A stretch of DNA of 64,000 nucleotides from Chiloscyllium plagiosum (lineage: Eukaryota). The position numbers and the translations under genes are program-made. The notes under the pieces were generated by a model. That model was not told the DNA's origin. It did no database searches and saw only the letters and a program-made list of their open reading frames with translations. The stretch is taken from assembly GCF_004010195.1 (NCBI RefSeq), contig NC_057728.1, positions 50,102,892 to 50,166,891 of the forward strand, in the 5' to 3' direction. Shown piece by piece: positions 37,801 to 51,490 of this stretch (its first letter is position 1; every line of letters starts with the position of its first letter).

Positions 37801-38599
37801 CAACTGTGGACCAGGATTCAGGCTCACCCCACTCCCTGGAAGGATGTCCTATAGCTCCTCCATGACATCCTTGGCCAAAGCACCAGAGAAGCAGCACATC
37901 ACCCTGGAGTCATGTTCAATGCTGCAGAAATGCTGCCTGATCCCCTGACTGTGGCATTAACTAACACTAATACCCTTGCATTCTTCTTCCCCTGCCCCAT
38001 ACAGCTCAGACACTCTTGGTACTGTGGATCAGTCTCTGCCTGCATTCTCCTGAGAAACCACGGCCTTCACACATTGCAGAAATGGAATACCCTGATTGGC
38101 AAGCACAATAGACTCAGGGGACTCCTGCACTACCTGCCTGGTTTTCTGAAGATTGCCTGGTAGATTCCCTCTCTGTCTGTACGTTTTTTAATCTGTAGCG
38201 TGATCACCTCCCTATAAGTGCCATCCATGTAACCCTCTTGGGACACACAACAGTAGGGACTTCAGGCGCTGCTCAAATTCTAAAACTTGGAGGTCAATCT
38301 TGTGTAGCCAGTGACATTTCCTCCAGATGGGATTGTCTGGGACATATGGTGTGTCCATGATTTCACACATGCACCACAGAGAATATACTCCATTTGGCAC
38401 AGGTGACTTACTGTCCTGTAACTCTGAAACTATCTGTGCCACCTTTCCTCAAGCGAAGGTGGAAACAGAGTCTGATTACTTCTCATTCCTTTTACCCCCC
38501 ACCCCCCTTGCTCATCAAGAATCTATCTACTGCTGCCTTATAAGTATTCTGAGGTACTGGTTCCACCTTCGACGGAGGAAGAGAGTTCCAAAGATTCGT

Positions 38600-38935
38600 G
38601 ACTCAGTGGTTAGCACTGCTGCCTCATAGCGCCAGAGGCTCAGGTTCGATTCCAACCTCAGGTGACTGTCTGTGTGGAGTTTGCACATTCTCCCTGCATC
38701 TGCGTGCATTTCCTCTCGTGTTCTGGTTTCATCTCACAATCTAAAGATGTGCAGGTTAGTGGATTGGCTATGCTAAATTGTCTATAGTGTCTAAGGATGT
38801 GTGGGCTAGCTAAGATAAATGCAGGGTTATGAGGATAGGATAGGGGGATGTGTTTGGGTGGGATGCTCTTCAGAGGGGTTGGTGTGGACTCGATGGGCCT
38901 AATGGCATGCTTCCATACTGTGGGGATTCTATTTC
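38600..38935 (+). mobile_element. HE1-type SINE
   Basis: ctcagtggttagcactgctgcctca head, core and tail. Confidence 0.85.
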
Positions 38936-40579
38936 TGAGAAGAACAACACGAGCATCTCCAGGCTATCCACAGAACTGAGGATTCTTGTTACAATTCCTG
39001 TCAATCTCCTCTGCACCCTCTCCAGAGATTTGATATTCTTTCTAGAATGTACTAACCCAATGGGCTGAATGGCCTCCTCTTGCACCGTAACAATACAATG
39101 ATTCTACAATACGGTGTGGTCACCCAGAACTGAGCATAATGTCCCAGCTAAGACTGAACCAGCATTTAATAGACATTTAATATCACTTCCTTGCTTTTGT
39201 ACTTACTGACTCATTTAATGAAATCAAAAATTATTTGTGTAATTCATTGCCTTTTCCTGCTACTGGGCAATTGTGTCCATAAAGCTCCACGCCTGTCTGT
39301 TCCTCTGCTTGAAAATTATACTATTTAGTTTATAGTGCCTCTTTCCATTCCTTCAATTAAAATGTATCATTTCACAAGTGTGTGTGTGTGAAACTGTAAC
39401 TGGCATGTGTCAGCACTGTTCAGTCTGTCTCCGTTCTCCTGAAGGCTGTTCCCATGCTACTCAATTTCGAAATATAAAAATAATTTTCTGTTTGTTTTCA
39501 TTGTTCGTCTGTGGGATGTGGACATCGCTGGCCTGGCGAGCATTTATTGCCTTACCTTGAAAAGGTGTTGGTGTGTCACCTTCTTGAGCTGCTGCAATCC
39601 TTGGGATAAAGGTACACCCGCAATGCTGTTAGGGAGTGATTGCAGGATTTTGACCAAGTGACCATGAGTGAATGGTGATATACTTCCGAGTCAGGAGGGG
39701 AGGGGAATTTGTAAGTAGTTGTGTCCCCATCTACCTGCTGCCTTTGTCCTACGCATTAGTAAGTTAAGAAGAGGAACACAAGCTAGGTTTAATATTTGTC
39801 TGTCTGGACTTCAACAGTCTCTTTGAAATGCATGTTTTCCAAACCTTTGAACTTCTTTCCCAATGTAAGCATTCCCTTTACTCTCTTATTCAAAGAATTG
39901 AGTAACTGGTTTGGCCACTTCAGAGAACTAGCTGCTATGAGGTTGAAATGCAGTCATGCCCAGACCAGGTAAGGGCTGCAGGTTTCAGAAAGGATATTGA
40001 CAAGCCTGTTTGGTTTCCAACAATAATTCAACAGCATCATGAGCAAATTTTACTAAAGTTAGCTCTTTAGTTCCACTGAAATTCAGAGGGTATGTATACC
40101 CGATTTACTTTTTAACTGACAAAGAAGATGAATTAATGCACCAACTCCCTTAAAATAAAAGCAAAATCCTGCAGATGCTGGAAGGCTGATTCAAACACAG
40201 AGAATGCTGGGGAAACTCAGCAGTTATCACAGCATCGGTTGAGAGACAAACAGAGTTAACATTCGGAAGAAGAGTCATATCAGCCTCAAAATGTCACACT
40301 GCATTCCATCGTACTCCTGACTGGTGCCTTGCAGAGTTAGGAGGTGAGTTACTGGAGCAGCTGGATGGGCAGCTGGATTCTCAGCCTTTGACTTAGTCTT
40401 GTAGCCACAGTACTTATATGGCCAGCCCAAACATCAATGGTAGCCTCCAGGATTTTTTTTTTGGATACTGAGTGATGGTAATGTCTTTGAATGTCAAGGG
40501 ATGGTAGTTAGATTCTCTCTTGTTGGAGATTGTCACTCCTTGGCACTTGTGAATGTTACCAGCAACATGTCACCAGTAA

Positions 40580-41368
40580 AGTATCGGTGCTGGGTCCTCT
40601 ACTTTTTGTCATTTACATAAATGATTTGGATGCGAGCATAAGAGGAACAGTTAGTAAGTTTTCAGATGACACCAAAATTGGAGGTGTAGTGGACAGCAAA
40701 GAGGCTTACCTCAGATTACAACAGGATCTTGACCAGATGGGCCAATGGGCAGAGAAGTGGCAGATGGAGTTTAATTCAGATAAATGCGAGGTGCTGTATT
40801 TTGGGAAAGCAAATCTTAGCAGGACTTATACACTTAATGGTAAGGTCCTAGGGAGTGTTGCTGAACAAAGAGACCTTGGAGTGCACGTTCATAGCTAAGG
40901 ATGTTGCCAGGGTTGGAGGATTTGAGCTATAGGGAGAGGCTGAATAGGCTGGGCCTGTTTTCCCTGGAGCGTCGGAGGCTGAGGGGTGACCTCATAGAGG
41001 TTTATAAAATTATGAGGGGCATGGATAGGGTAAGTAGACAAAGTCTTTTCCCTGGGGTTGGGGAGACCAGAACTAGGGGGCATAGGTTTAGGGTGAGAGG
41101 GGATAGACATAAAAGAGACCTAAGGGGCAACTTTTACACATAGAGGGTGGTACGTGTATGGAATGAGCTGCCAGAGGAAGTGGTGGAGGCTGGTACAATT
41201 GCAACATTTAAGAGACATTTGGGTGAGTATATGAATAGGAAGGGTTTGGAGGGATATGGGCCGGGTGCTGGCAGGTGGGACTAGATTGGGTTGGGATATC
41301 TGGTCGGTATGGACGGGTTTGGACCGAAGGGTCTGTTTCCATGCTGTACATCTCTAAGATGCTATGAC
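40580..41368 (+). mobile_element. CR1 LINE 3' fragment with internal deletion near 40895
   Basis: SVLGPLLFVIYINDLD..KFSDDTKIGG (RT) joined to MLPGLEDLSYRERLNRLGLFSLE. Confidence 0.92.
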
Positions 41369-41369
41369 G

Positions 41370-42260
41370 CTATTGCTGAATATTGTCCTGGTCTTGCTGT
41401 ATTTGAATGTGGACTGCTTCACTATCTGAGGAGTCGCAAATGGTGCTGAACATTGTGCACTCATCTGTGAACATCCCCACTTCCGACTTTATGATGGGGA
41501 AAAGGTCATTGAGGAAGCAACTGAAGATGATCAGGCCTAAGACACCACCCTGAGATATCCTGAAGCTGAGAGGAACAACCACAAGTATCTTCCTTTTTGT
41601 CAGAGAGTGATTTCTCTGATTCCCATTGATTCCAGGGTGGTTATGGTTAATCTAAACAGATATTGTTGAAAAAGTGCTTCTTGACAGCAATGTGTAAAAC
41701 AGCTTCTTTAACTTCGCTGAGGATTGAGAGCAGACAGGTGGAATGGGAATTCACTGGGCTGGATTTGTCCTTCTTTCTGTGTACAGAACGCACCTGGACA
41801 ATTTTCCATAGAGTTGGGTAAATGCTAATGTTGTAACTGTACTGGAACAGCTTGGTTAGGGGGAGCGGCAAGTTCTGGAGCACATGTCTCCCATACTATT
41901 GCCGCAATGTCGTCAGGGCCCACAGCCTTTGCAGTTTACAGGTCTTTTAGCCATTTCTTTATCTCACAAGGAATGATTCAAATTGGCTGAAGACTGGTAT
42001 CTGTGAGCTGGGGACCATTGAAAGCCGAGATAGATGATTCACTCGACCCTTCTGGCTGAAGATTGCTGCAAAAGCTTCAATCTTATCCTTTGCACTGATG
42101 TGTTGGGATTCCCTGTCATTGAGGATGGGGACATTTGTGGATCCTCCACCTCCAGTGAGTGGTTTCTTTACCCAGAGCCATTCATGACCGCAGGACTGCA
42201 AATCTTAAATCTGATCTGTTGGTTGTGGAATTACTTGGCCCTGTCTATCATCTGCACATG
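41370..42260 (-). mobile_element. L2/CR1-group LINE (second family) RT fragment
   Basis: PLTKLFQYSYN..IYPTLWKI.QV..VH.KKDKS; QGGVLG..IFSCFLNDL..MFTDECT. Confidence 0.75.
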
Positions 42261-42383
42261 TGCGAGACCCAGTAGTCAATTTGAGCCCAGCAAAGCTCTA
42301 CAAACAGCAACAACCAGATCATCTGTATTCATGGTGTGGGCTAAGGTATAAATATTGGCCCAGGGCATCAGAGAAATTTAGTT

Positions 42384-42600
42384 GGAGAAAGTGAGGCCCA
42401 CAGATGCTGGAGATCAGAGTTGAGAGTGTGATGCTGGAAAAGCACAGCAGGTCAGGTAGCGTCCGAGGAGCAGGACGATCAACGTTTTTGGCAGGAGCCT
42501 GATGAAGAGGTCCTGATGAAGGTCTCCGGCCCGAAATGTCGATTTTCCTGCTCCTCGGACACTGCCTGACCTACTGTGCTTTTCCAGCAACTCACTTATG
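42384..42600. mobile_element. Palindromic mini-PLE inside a Deu-SINE
   Basis: Inverted arms; hammerhead-like ctgatgaaggtctccggcccgaaatgtc at 42513-42540; catcagagaaa on both flanks. Confidence 0.8.
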
Positions 42601-43099
42601 ACATCAGAGAAACTTGCCTATTGATCTTTAAATAATATCATGGAACCTTATCTATCTATCTAGGAGGATAGATCAGGCCTCAGTTTAACATTTCACCTGA
42701 AAGACAGCAGCTGACAGTGGTAATGCCCCCTCACTGCCAGATCAGGGGTCATGTAATCTAGTAATCTAATGCTGAATGACAGTAACACTTGCCTAATCTC
42801 ATGCAGTAAACCAATAAATTCCTTTTCCTTCCTGGCTTTGTAACATAAGGAAGAACAAAACGTAGCAAGCATAACTGACATCTACTGACAGTACAAAAGC
42901 ATTTGAGTTGTATTCAGAAGCAGTTGCTATGTGAATAAGCGATGACTAGCATAGTTCTTTATGCCCAGCCTGAATAATACAGGTCAGAATATTCCATCAC
43001 GTGGATAATACTTAAACTGAATGTACTTTGTTGAATCTTCCAGAATAGAGTTTCTAACCAGCCATGTTCATATACATACCATGACAGAATTCAAAAAAG

Positions 43100-44000
43100 C
43101 TTCTTGGTTGGATTGCATTGAATATGAACATGACAAAATAGGCAGTGAAACAGTCCAGCCAACCTATGCTAATGGTATAGCTCCTTTTCCGTCTTTCCTC
43201 ATTTAAATAGACCATCGGAAATCTCTGTTCCCTTCTCCCTCATGCATGTGTCCAAATTGCCCTCAAGCGTATCAATAGGATTCACTTCACTACTCCCTGT
43301 GGGAGTGAGTACCACATTCTCAACACTCTGGGTTATTACCTCTTGGCGAAATTTGCTTCTCCTAAATTCCTGATTGTATGTCTTGGTGATTATCCTATAT
43401 TGATTGTATTGATTATCAACTCCTGATTTTCCATAAATGTGGAAGCATTCACTCTGTATCCATTCTATCAAAGCCTTTCATAATTTTAAATATTTTCAGT
43501 TCAGTCACCCCTCAGCTTTCTTATTTCAAGAGAATGGAGATACAGGCTCTCAAACCTTTCCAAGTACTTATACCCATACATTTCTGATGTCAGCCTTGTG
43601 AATCTTTTCTGCACGTTCTCTACTTCCCCCATATTTTTTTCTCTATAAAGAAGCCCAGAACTGGACATGGCACTCCCTATGTGGCCTAATCATATTTGTT
43701 GAACTGGCATTGCTGCATTCCCCTACATTTCACAACCATCCCATAATAAGGGTGGTTGGTTTACTCTTTTTAACTAAATTCTTATTATACTAACCTATGA
43801 TGCAACTTCCAGTGATCATGGACATGTACTCTAATGTCCCTTTGCTCCTCTACCCTGACAAATGATAGGTGTTAACACATCCCTATTCTCCCCATCAAAA
43901 AGAATGGCCTAACGTTTACCTGTGTCGAACTTCATTTGCCAATTATGTGCCAACTCTCCACATTTATTAATGTCCTTCTGTGATTTGCCGCAGTCCTCCT
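43100..44000 (-). mobile_element. Highly decayed CR1 fragment
   Basis: Recognisable RT C-terminal remnants (gtcacccctcagc, aagcccagaactggaca). Confidence 0.55.
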
Positions 44001-44751
44001 CAGTATTGAATATTCCCCCAAACACCCACTCCCTTTTCTCATTTGAAATGATCTGCATACTTAGACATTGTGGTTTTTATTCCAGGTCCAAGACCAGTTG
44101 TTCATGTCCTCTGCTCTGTCCCAGCAATGTCAATCCAGATATTGGAACAAGTTACAAAGTAGAGCCTTACACCACCCCAGTGCTCTTCAGTGTGAAATTA
44201 GATTAAAAGGCTAATTTGTTTTTTTGGATCACCACTTGGCACTAAAAGGTTATAGCGCCCGTCTGAGGGCAGTGGTGTCCTCAATTGTCCTGTTCTGACG
44301 TGTTTGTGTTTGCCATCTGTAAATCTTCACTCTTCCTATGAATGGTGTCACCAGTTCATGATTAAAGATGATGAGTGGGGCAGTGGTCCCAACAAGAAGC
44401 CCTGTGGCCCTTTTCTCGGAAATCAACCCCCTGTAATCCTCTCCTGATTGACATCAATCTCCCACCTATGACTATCTAATTATCAACTATCTTGCAGCCC
44501 TTGGTCTCATACAAAATAACCTCTTATCCATGATGTCCTGGTCAATATTTGCCCCCGATTAGCAAAACGTAAACAGATTACCTAGTTGTTACCACATTAG
44601 TGGCACAGTGGTTCAGTGTTTAGCACTGCTGCCTCACAGTACCAGGGAGCTGGACAGCCTTGGGTAACTGACTATGTGGAGTTTGCACATTCTCTCCATG
44701 TCTGCATGCGTTTCTGCTGGGTGCACTGGTTTCCTGCCACTGTCCAAGGAT

Positions 44752-45745
44752 GTTTGATTCAATTTGATTTGATTTATTTATTGTCACGTGTACCTAAGTA
44801 CAGTGAAAAGCTTTGTTTACGAGCTCTACAAACAGATCATAGTAAGCAAGGACATACAGGTCATAGGGTGAAAAAAAAACAGGTTATGTTGCACAAGGCA
44901 TGCACGAGGCAAGTTCAACATTAGCAAGATCAGCATTATTTGAGGTTAGAGAGTCCATTCATCAGTCTAATGATGGCCGGGAAGAAGCTGTCCCTGAACC
45001 TGGTGGTGCGTATGTTCAAGAGATCATTACCAGGATGGGAGGGGTCTTTGATGATGTTGGTAGCCTTTTTTGCAGCAGTGAGAAGTGTAAATGGGGTCCA
45101 TGGATGAGAGGTTGACTCCCGTGATGGTCTGGGCTGTGCACACAACCTTCTGCAGTTTCACACGGTCCTGAGCAGAGCAGTTGCTGTAACAGACCATTAT
45201 ACACCCAGACAGTACGCTTTCAGTGGTGCATCTGTAGACGTTGGTGAGGGTCCTGATGGACATGCCAAATTTCCTGAGTTGCCTGAGGAAGGAGAAGCCT
45301 AACTGCACCTTCCTGACTGTCACAACTATATAGGAAGTCCAGGACAGATTGTCAGTTAATGTCATTCCGAGGAACTTGACGCTCTCCACCCTCTCATCCT
45401 CACCTTCATTGATGTAAATGAGGGTGTATTCTCCTTCTTTCTTCCTGAAGTCAATGATCAGTTCTTTAGTTTTGCCAATGTTGAGAGAAAGTGATTGATC
45501 TCATTCCACCATTTCACTAAGTCTTCTATCGCTTTTCTGTATTCGGACTCACTGTTGTTATATATCTGTCCTATCATGTGGGGTTGAGAGCAAACCTGTA
45601 GATGGCATTCATTCGGAATTTGGCAACACAGTTGTGAGTGTACAGGGAGTAGTGTAGGGGGCTGAGGATGCATTCTTGGGGGGCTCCAGTGTTGAGTGTT
45701 ATTGTGGGTGAGGCGCAGTTGTCTATCTTCACTGACTGCGGTGTG
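44752..45745 (-). mobile_element. Rex1/Babar-type LINE 3' fragment inserted into an HE1 SINE (44600-44752 and 45750-45900)
   Basis: VESVKFLG.TLTDNLSW....RKVQ..FLRQLRKFGMS..TLTN.YRCT.ESVLSGCI..; TRFRDSFFPAIIRLMN; (tcaaa)n tail. Confidence 0.85.
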
Positions 45746-46061
45746 TGGATCAGGGCTAGATGCAGGCTCGGTGGATTTCCATGTTAAATGCAAGGATTTG
45801 GAATAAGCTGAGGGTCTGGGTCTGGGTTGGATTCTAATCACATGGTCAGTGCAGACTTGATGGGCTCAATGGCCTCCTTCTACACTGTAGCGATTCTATT
45901 ATAGGGGGTCTTGCTGCGTACAAATTGGCTGCTATGTTTCCTACATCATAACAGTGACCACAATTTAAGAAAGCACTCCCATGGCAATAACACTTTAGGA
46001 TGCCCAATGGTCATGAAGGGTGCTATGTAAAGGCAATACTTTCATTCTATCTCCTTTTCCT

Positions 46062-46260
46062 TAGCTGCAGCTCAGTGGGTAGTGTTCTCACTTCTGAATC
46101 ATAACGTCTGGGGTTCAAATCTCACTTCAGAGACTTGAGTCTGTTATCCAGAGTAACACCCACCATGGAGCTGAGGGAGAGCTGTGGCGTTATATGTATC
46201 GTCCTTTAAAAGACACATTGACCTGAGACTCCTTCTGCTCTCTCGGGTATGTGAGAAAAA
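46062..46260 (+). mobile_element. Deu-domain SINE (SacSINE1/AmnSINE-like) 5' part
   Basis: gctcagtgggtag..ctcacttctgaatca..gggttcaaatctcacttcagagacttgag..ctgagggagagctg. Confidence 0.6.
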
Positions 46261-46367
46261 AAAATCGCCAAGTAGCTTCATAGATACGCTATCAAAAACT
46301 AAAAGTGAGTCACATGCAAGGGACTGATGACCAAACCCTTGGTGAACAGGTTGGTTTTATGATTAGA

Positions 46368-46590
46368 TTAGTGCTGGGAAAGCACAGCAGGTAAGGCAGC
46401 ATCCAAGGATCAGGAAAATCAACATTTTGGGCAAAAGCCCTTCATCAGGATTCATCATTCCTGATTAAGAGCTTTTGCCCGAAACATTGATCTTCCTGCT
46501 TCTCGGATGCTGCCTGACCTGCTGTGCTTCTCCAGCACCACTCTAATCTTGACTCTAATCTCCAGCATCTGCAGTCCTCACTCCCGCCAG
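46368..46590. mobile_element. Palindromic mini-PLE
   Basis: gggcaaaagcccttcatcagg / cctgattaagagcttttgcccgaaac inverted; ggttttatg on both flanks. Confidence 0.8.
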
Positions 46591-47327
46591 GACGGTTTTA
46601 TGGAGCAGCCTAAAGAACAAAGTTCTTCACGAGGTGGAGAGGTTCAGGAAGGCATTTGCAGAGGTCAGGACCCAGGCTGGTACAGCCACAAACAGAGGAC
46701 CAATTAAAAGCAGCATTGTGCAAAAAAAAACCTGGGGCAAGGGGTGCAGTTATCTTGCACAGTTGCAAAGTTGGAGGTGATAACACAGAAGAGATAGCTT
46801 TGGAGCATCATCTTGCAGAATTTTGGATGCACACTTAAGAATTCCAAAATCAAAGTTAAGTGCCTTTGGCGAAGACTTTTCCTTGCACTTCACTAGGGAC
46901 AGAAAAACCATTTTCAATGCTAAAACCTGGTGGCAGCATCCAGTTCATAGCTGACCTGTCCCTCATACTTAAGAATCTCTCAAAGGTGCTGTTTAATCAT
47001 TTACTAGTAGCTAAGTTTTAAAAAAAGCCCAGCTACAGACTTGTGCTTTTGATCCCAATCATCCCTGTACAGTTTCTAGCCATACATTTCCATTGTCCAC
47101 AGGCTCTCATTTTCACCTTGGTTCACTCGATAATCATTCACTTCACGGCTTGAAACTTCTGTTTTAAATTAACTTGCCTCCCTTTAACCATTTAAATTCC
47201 AATTTAAACTTAACATCCTTTTTTCTTGAGATGTGTTCAAACAGGAACAACTTAGATTTATACAGCACTTTTAAATATTGCAAGTTGCTTCACAGGAACA
47301 CGGTAAATCAAAATATACCAGGAAACA

Positions 47328-47505
47328 GGGAGAAAGTGAGGACTGCAGTTTCTGGAGATCAGTGTGAAAATGTGTAGTTTGAAGAGCTTCGGCTCAAAAG
47401 AGCTTCTCCTGACGAAAGGCTTATGCCTGAAATGTCAACTCTCCTGCTCCTCAGATGCAGCCTGACTGGCTGTGCTTTTCTAGCACCACACTTTTTGACT
47501 CGACT
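47328..47505. mobile_element. Mini-PLE with hammerhead motif at 47409-47436 (+)
   Basis: CTGACGA-A-AGGC-TTAT-GCCT-GAAA-TG-TC; caggaaaca on both flanks. Confidence 0.75.
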
Positions 47506-48545
47506 TCAGGAAACAATTGATCAAGCCTAAGAATTGCAAAATCAACATATTACTTGACCAGGACAATGTCAACACATTTTGTGGTGAAGAGTGAATGGGA
47601 TTTGGAGCTGTTAAATGACCATCAAATTGTCTACAGTCTGGTTAGGGAACACTAACCCTTTTTTTCAAAAGTAGCCAAAATTTGAAATCCCAGATACATA
47701 TTAAGAGAATAAAGCCCCAATTTTGAACAAACAACATTAACTTTACCATGCAAGGTATAAAAGTAAAACAATCTACATACAGTTGATACTCGAAGATCCA
47801 GAAATAACATGAGGTAAATATGGGTTTGCAGGCATTCTATAGTCAAAGAGAAAATTGAAGATGCTGTCAAGCTAGATCACACCAATTTCTTGGTAATGCC
47901 CCAGAGTCAGTATCGCTGTGAGCCATCTACTCCTCAAAAAATTATCTCCATTACACAGGTTCCCGTTCTTCATTTTTGAAGTTCTAACTGGAACTGCCTC
48001 AAAGCTGCTCCATCATGGGCTGTCTCAATGACAGACCTTGTCCCAGTGTTTGATTTTGTTTGCAGGGACCACATCCCACTGGATTCTCAGGGCTGCACTT
48101 TACCTATGGAAAAATTTCAACTCTTTTGCAGATAGCTGGCACTGCCTCTGAATTGCTCTGAGATCCAATATTTCTCACCTCCATTAAACAAATACTGTTT
48201 GTGGTTGTCCTTCACCTCCATTCTCAGTTGCACCTCTATCAATGGTTTCCATGGCTTCTGTCTCCAACATAGAAACAGAGACCATCAGCACGTTTTCATG
48301 TCTTCAGGCCATCTCTTGAGACTTGACTACCTGGAAACAGTTACTAATAGCATTTACATTGCCTGGAACCTCTCCTCCCAGTTTCTAAACCCCTGACTGG
48401 TCAACAACCTGAAAGTAGTAATTTCCCACTTCGCTTACATCCAACCACCTACCTGGCATCCTGTGGGCTCATGTATCACACCAGTCTCCTAACACTGGCA
48501 TATTGGTGCTCTTGAAATGCCTACGCCCTTCAGCTGAAATAAATA

Positions 48546-49400
48546 GGTTCTGGATTAGTGGTGCTGGAAGAGCACAGCAATTCAGGCAGCATCTGAGGAC
48601 AGGCAAAATCGACGTTTCGGGCAAAAGCCCTTCATCAGGAATAAAGGCAGAGAGCCTGAAGNNNNNNNNNNNNNNNNNNNNNNNNNNNNNNNNNNNNNNN
48701 NNNNNNNNNNNNNNNNNNNNNNNNNNNNNNNNNNGATGAGGTGTTCTTCTTCCATGCGTCTGGTGGTGAGAGAGTGGCGGTGAAGGAGGCCCAGGACCTC
48801 CATGTCCTCGGCAGAGTGGGAGGGGGAGTTGAAATGTTGGGCCATGGGGCGGTGTGGTTGATTGGTGCGGGTGTCTCGGAGGTGTTCCCTAAAGCGCTCT
48901 GCTAGGAGGCGTCCAGTCTCCCCAATGTAGAGGAGACCGCTTCGGGAGCAACGGATACAATAAATGATATTAGTGGATTTGCAGGTAAAACTTTGATGGA
49001 TGTGGAAAGCTCCTTTGGGGCCTTGGATGGAGGTGAGGGAGGAGGTGTGGGCGCAGGTTTTACAGTTCCTGCGGTGGCAGGGGAAAGTGCCAGGATGGGA
49101 GGGTGGGTCGTAGGGTGGGCATGGAGCTGTCCAGGTAGTCACGGAGGGAACGGTCTTTGCGGAAGGCGGAGAGGGGTGGGGAGGGAAATATATCCCTGGT
49201 GGTGGGGTCTGTTTGGAGGTGGCGGAAATGTCGGCGGATGATTTGGTTTATGCGAAGGTTGGTAGGGTGGAAGGTGAGCACCAGCTTTTGCCCGAAACGT
49301 CGATTTTGCCTGTCCTCAGATGCTGCCTGAATTGCTGTGCTCTTCCAGCACCACTAATCCAGAATCTGGTTTCCAGCATCTGCAGTCATTGTTTTTACCT
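48546..49400 (-). mobile_element. Young Penelope-like element: GIY-YIG endonuclease fragment between inverted pLTRs, 14-bp TSD
   Basis: CHRRNCKTC..FTCKSTNIIYCIRCSRSGLLYIGETGRLLAERFREH..MAQHFNSPSH (GIY-YIG with Cys/His motif); TSD agctgaaataaata at 48532-48545 and 49401-49414; gap 48662-48734. Confidence 0.93.
48611..48638 (-). ncRNA. Intact minimal hammerhead ribozyme motif in the pLTR, same sense as the PLE ORF
   Basis: Reverse complement CTGATGA-A-GGGC-TTTT-GCCC-GAAA-CG-TC. Confidence 0.75.
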
Positions 49401-50169
49401 AGCTGAAATAAATACCTGAGTGCAGAATGCACCCTGACATTTATTTTCAAGGACTCTCAGGGTCTGCTTGGAATTGGAGTTCTTAGCCTCCATCGCAAGG
49501 CATTGCAAAAGCAATTATTGGACATGAACCTTGCCTTTAAGAAGGCTCACCCTTAAGGAATCAATTCGCAGTATGTACGGTACACAACACTGGATTCTCC
49601 TGCCAGGTAGTCTGCTGTGGGTTTGCAAATTGTCTCACAGAAATCAGCTGTTTGCTTTGTAACTTACAATATGTGTTACTGTTTAAAATAAATTACACCA
49701 TAGAGCTAATTGATCACTGATTGGCAATTGATTATTAGGCTCTTATCATTAATATGACCATACTCACCAGGCCCTCCCCAAACCAGGTAAGCTAATTGCA
49801 GAACAAGCTAAGGCATGAGGAATGGAGCTTTCAATTATTTCAAGCTTATGGAGAGTAGATGTTGATGAGCAGCCAATAGTGTGCTGGATTCATCAGGTCT
49901 AGAGGTAATAAATGCATCAATAAGGCTATCAGCAGCACATAAAATAAAGGAGGAGTAAGAGATGCATTCTTAGTGATGGCATAAAAATATGATTTGAAGG
50001 TCATAATGAAGTATGGGCCGGGTGCTGGCAGGTGGGACTAGATTGGGTTGGGATATCTGGTCGGCATGGACAGATTGGACCGAAGGGTCTGTTTCCGTGC
50101 TGTACATCTCTATAACTCTATTTCATCAAAGTAGCGAACAGACTGGTTTTGCCTCAGATTATTGTTTAA

Positions 50170-51490
50170 AATGTCAGCAGTCCTGGCTTGGTCAGCATTT
50201 ATTGCTCATCCCTTGGTGCCCTTGAAAAGGTGGCAGTCAGCTGCCTTCTTGAACCACTGCAGTTCACGCGCTGATTGTGGATCCATAGTGGCCATTAGGG
50301 AGGGCAGTCTAGAACTTTGATCCAGCAACAGTCAAGGAACGGTGACATATTTTCAACTCGGGATGGTGATTGTCTTGAAGGATAACTTGCAGGTAATCGT
50401 GTCTCCAAGTAACTGCTGCCCTTCTCCTTAGAGGTGGAAGTAGGTGTGTCTTGGAAGGTGCTGTCTAAGGATCTTTGGTGAAGTTCTGCAGTGCATCTTG
50501 TATTTAGTACACACTGCTGCTACTGAGCGTCAGTGGTGGAGGGAGTAGATGCATGTGGATGTGATACCAATCAAATGGGCTGCTTTGTCCTGGATGGTGT
50601 CCAGCTTCTTGAGTGTTGTTGGGGCTGCACCCATCCAGGCAGGTAGGGAGTATTCCATCACACTCCTGACTTGTGTCTTGGTAGACAGGCTTTGGGGAGT
50701 CAGGAGGTGAGTTATGATGGAGGAAAGGTCATTGATGAAGCAGCTGAAGATAGTTGGGTGGGAGACACCATCCTGGGGTGCTCCTATAGAGATATTTTGA
50801 AGCTGAGATGATTGATGTCCAATCATCTTCCAATGTGCCAAGTATGACTCCATACAACGGAGAATCTTCCTCTAGGCTCCTATTGTCACTTGTATTGCTA
50901 AGTGTCCTTTATGTCATACACAATCAAATTTGGCACTGATGTCAAGGACGTCACTCTCATCTCTCCCTACTTCTAGAACTTGTCCATGTTTGAACCAAGG
51001 CTATAATGAGGTCAGGAGCTGAGTGACACTGGCAGAACCTAAACTGGGCATCACTGAGCAGGTTATTGCTGAGCAGGTGCTGCTTGATAGCACTGAGTTT
51101 CATTTATTTGTTTTTGATGATTGAGCAGGTGGTAACTGGCTGGGTTGGATTTGTCCTGTTTTTTTGTATATAGGATATAACTGGGCAATTTTCCACAATG
51201 TCGGGTAGATACCAGTGTTGTAATCGTACTGGAATAGCTTGGTTTGGGGAACAGCAAATTCTGGAATACAAGTCATCGGTACTATTGCTGGAATGGTGTC
51301 AGAACCCGTAGCCTTTGCAATATCCATTATCTCCAACCACTTCCTGATATCATATTGAGCAAACTGAATTGGCTGAAGACTAGCATTGGTGACCCTGGGA
51401 ACTTCAGAAGGTGACGAGATGGATCATCCACCCGGCACTTCTGGCTGAATATTGTTGCGAAAGCTTCAACCTCATCTATTGCAACTTCAC
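50170..51490 (-). mobile_element. L2/CR1-group LINE (second family) ORF2 fragment
   Basis: KATGSDTIPAIV..KLFQYDYNTGIYPTLWKIAQ; GAPQDGV..PTIFSCFINDL; QVRSVMEYS. Confidence 0.8.

Larger units (their letters stand above)
34030..38400 (-). mobile_element. Old, near full-length CR1 LINE (ORF1 N-terminus, ORF2, 3' end) with nested insertions
   Basis: ORF1-like CMCEIMDTPYVPDNPIWRKC..LQVLEFEQRL at 38212-38442; ORF2 remnants KSFFSYVKRK and IPADW.LA..T.PFKKG; 3' end near 34030. Confidence 0.7.
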
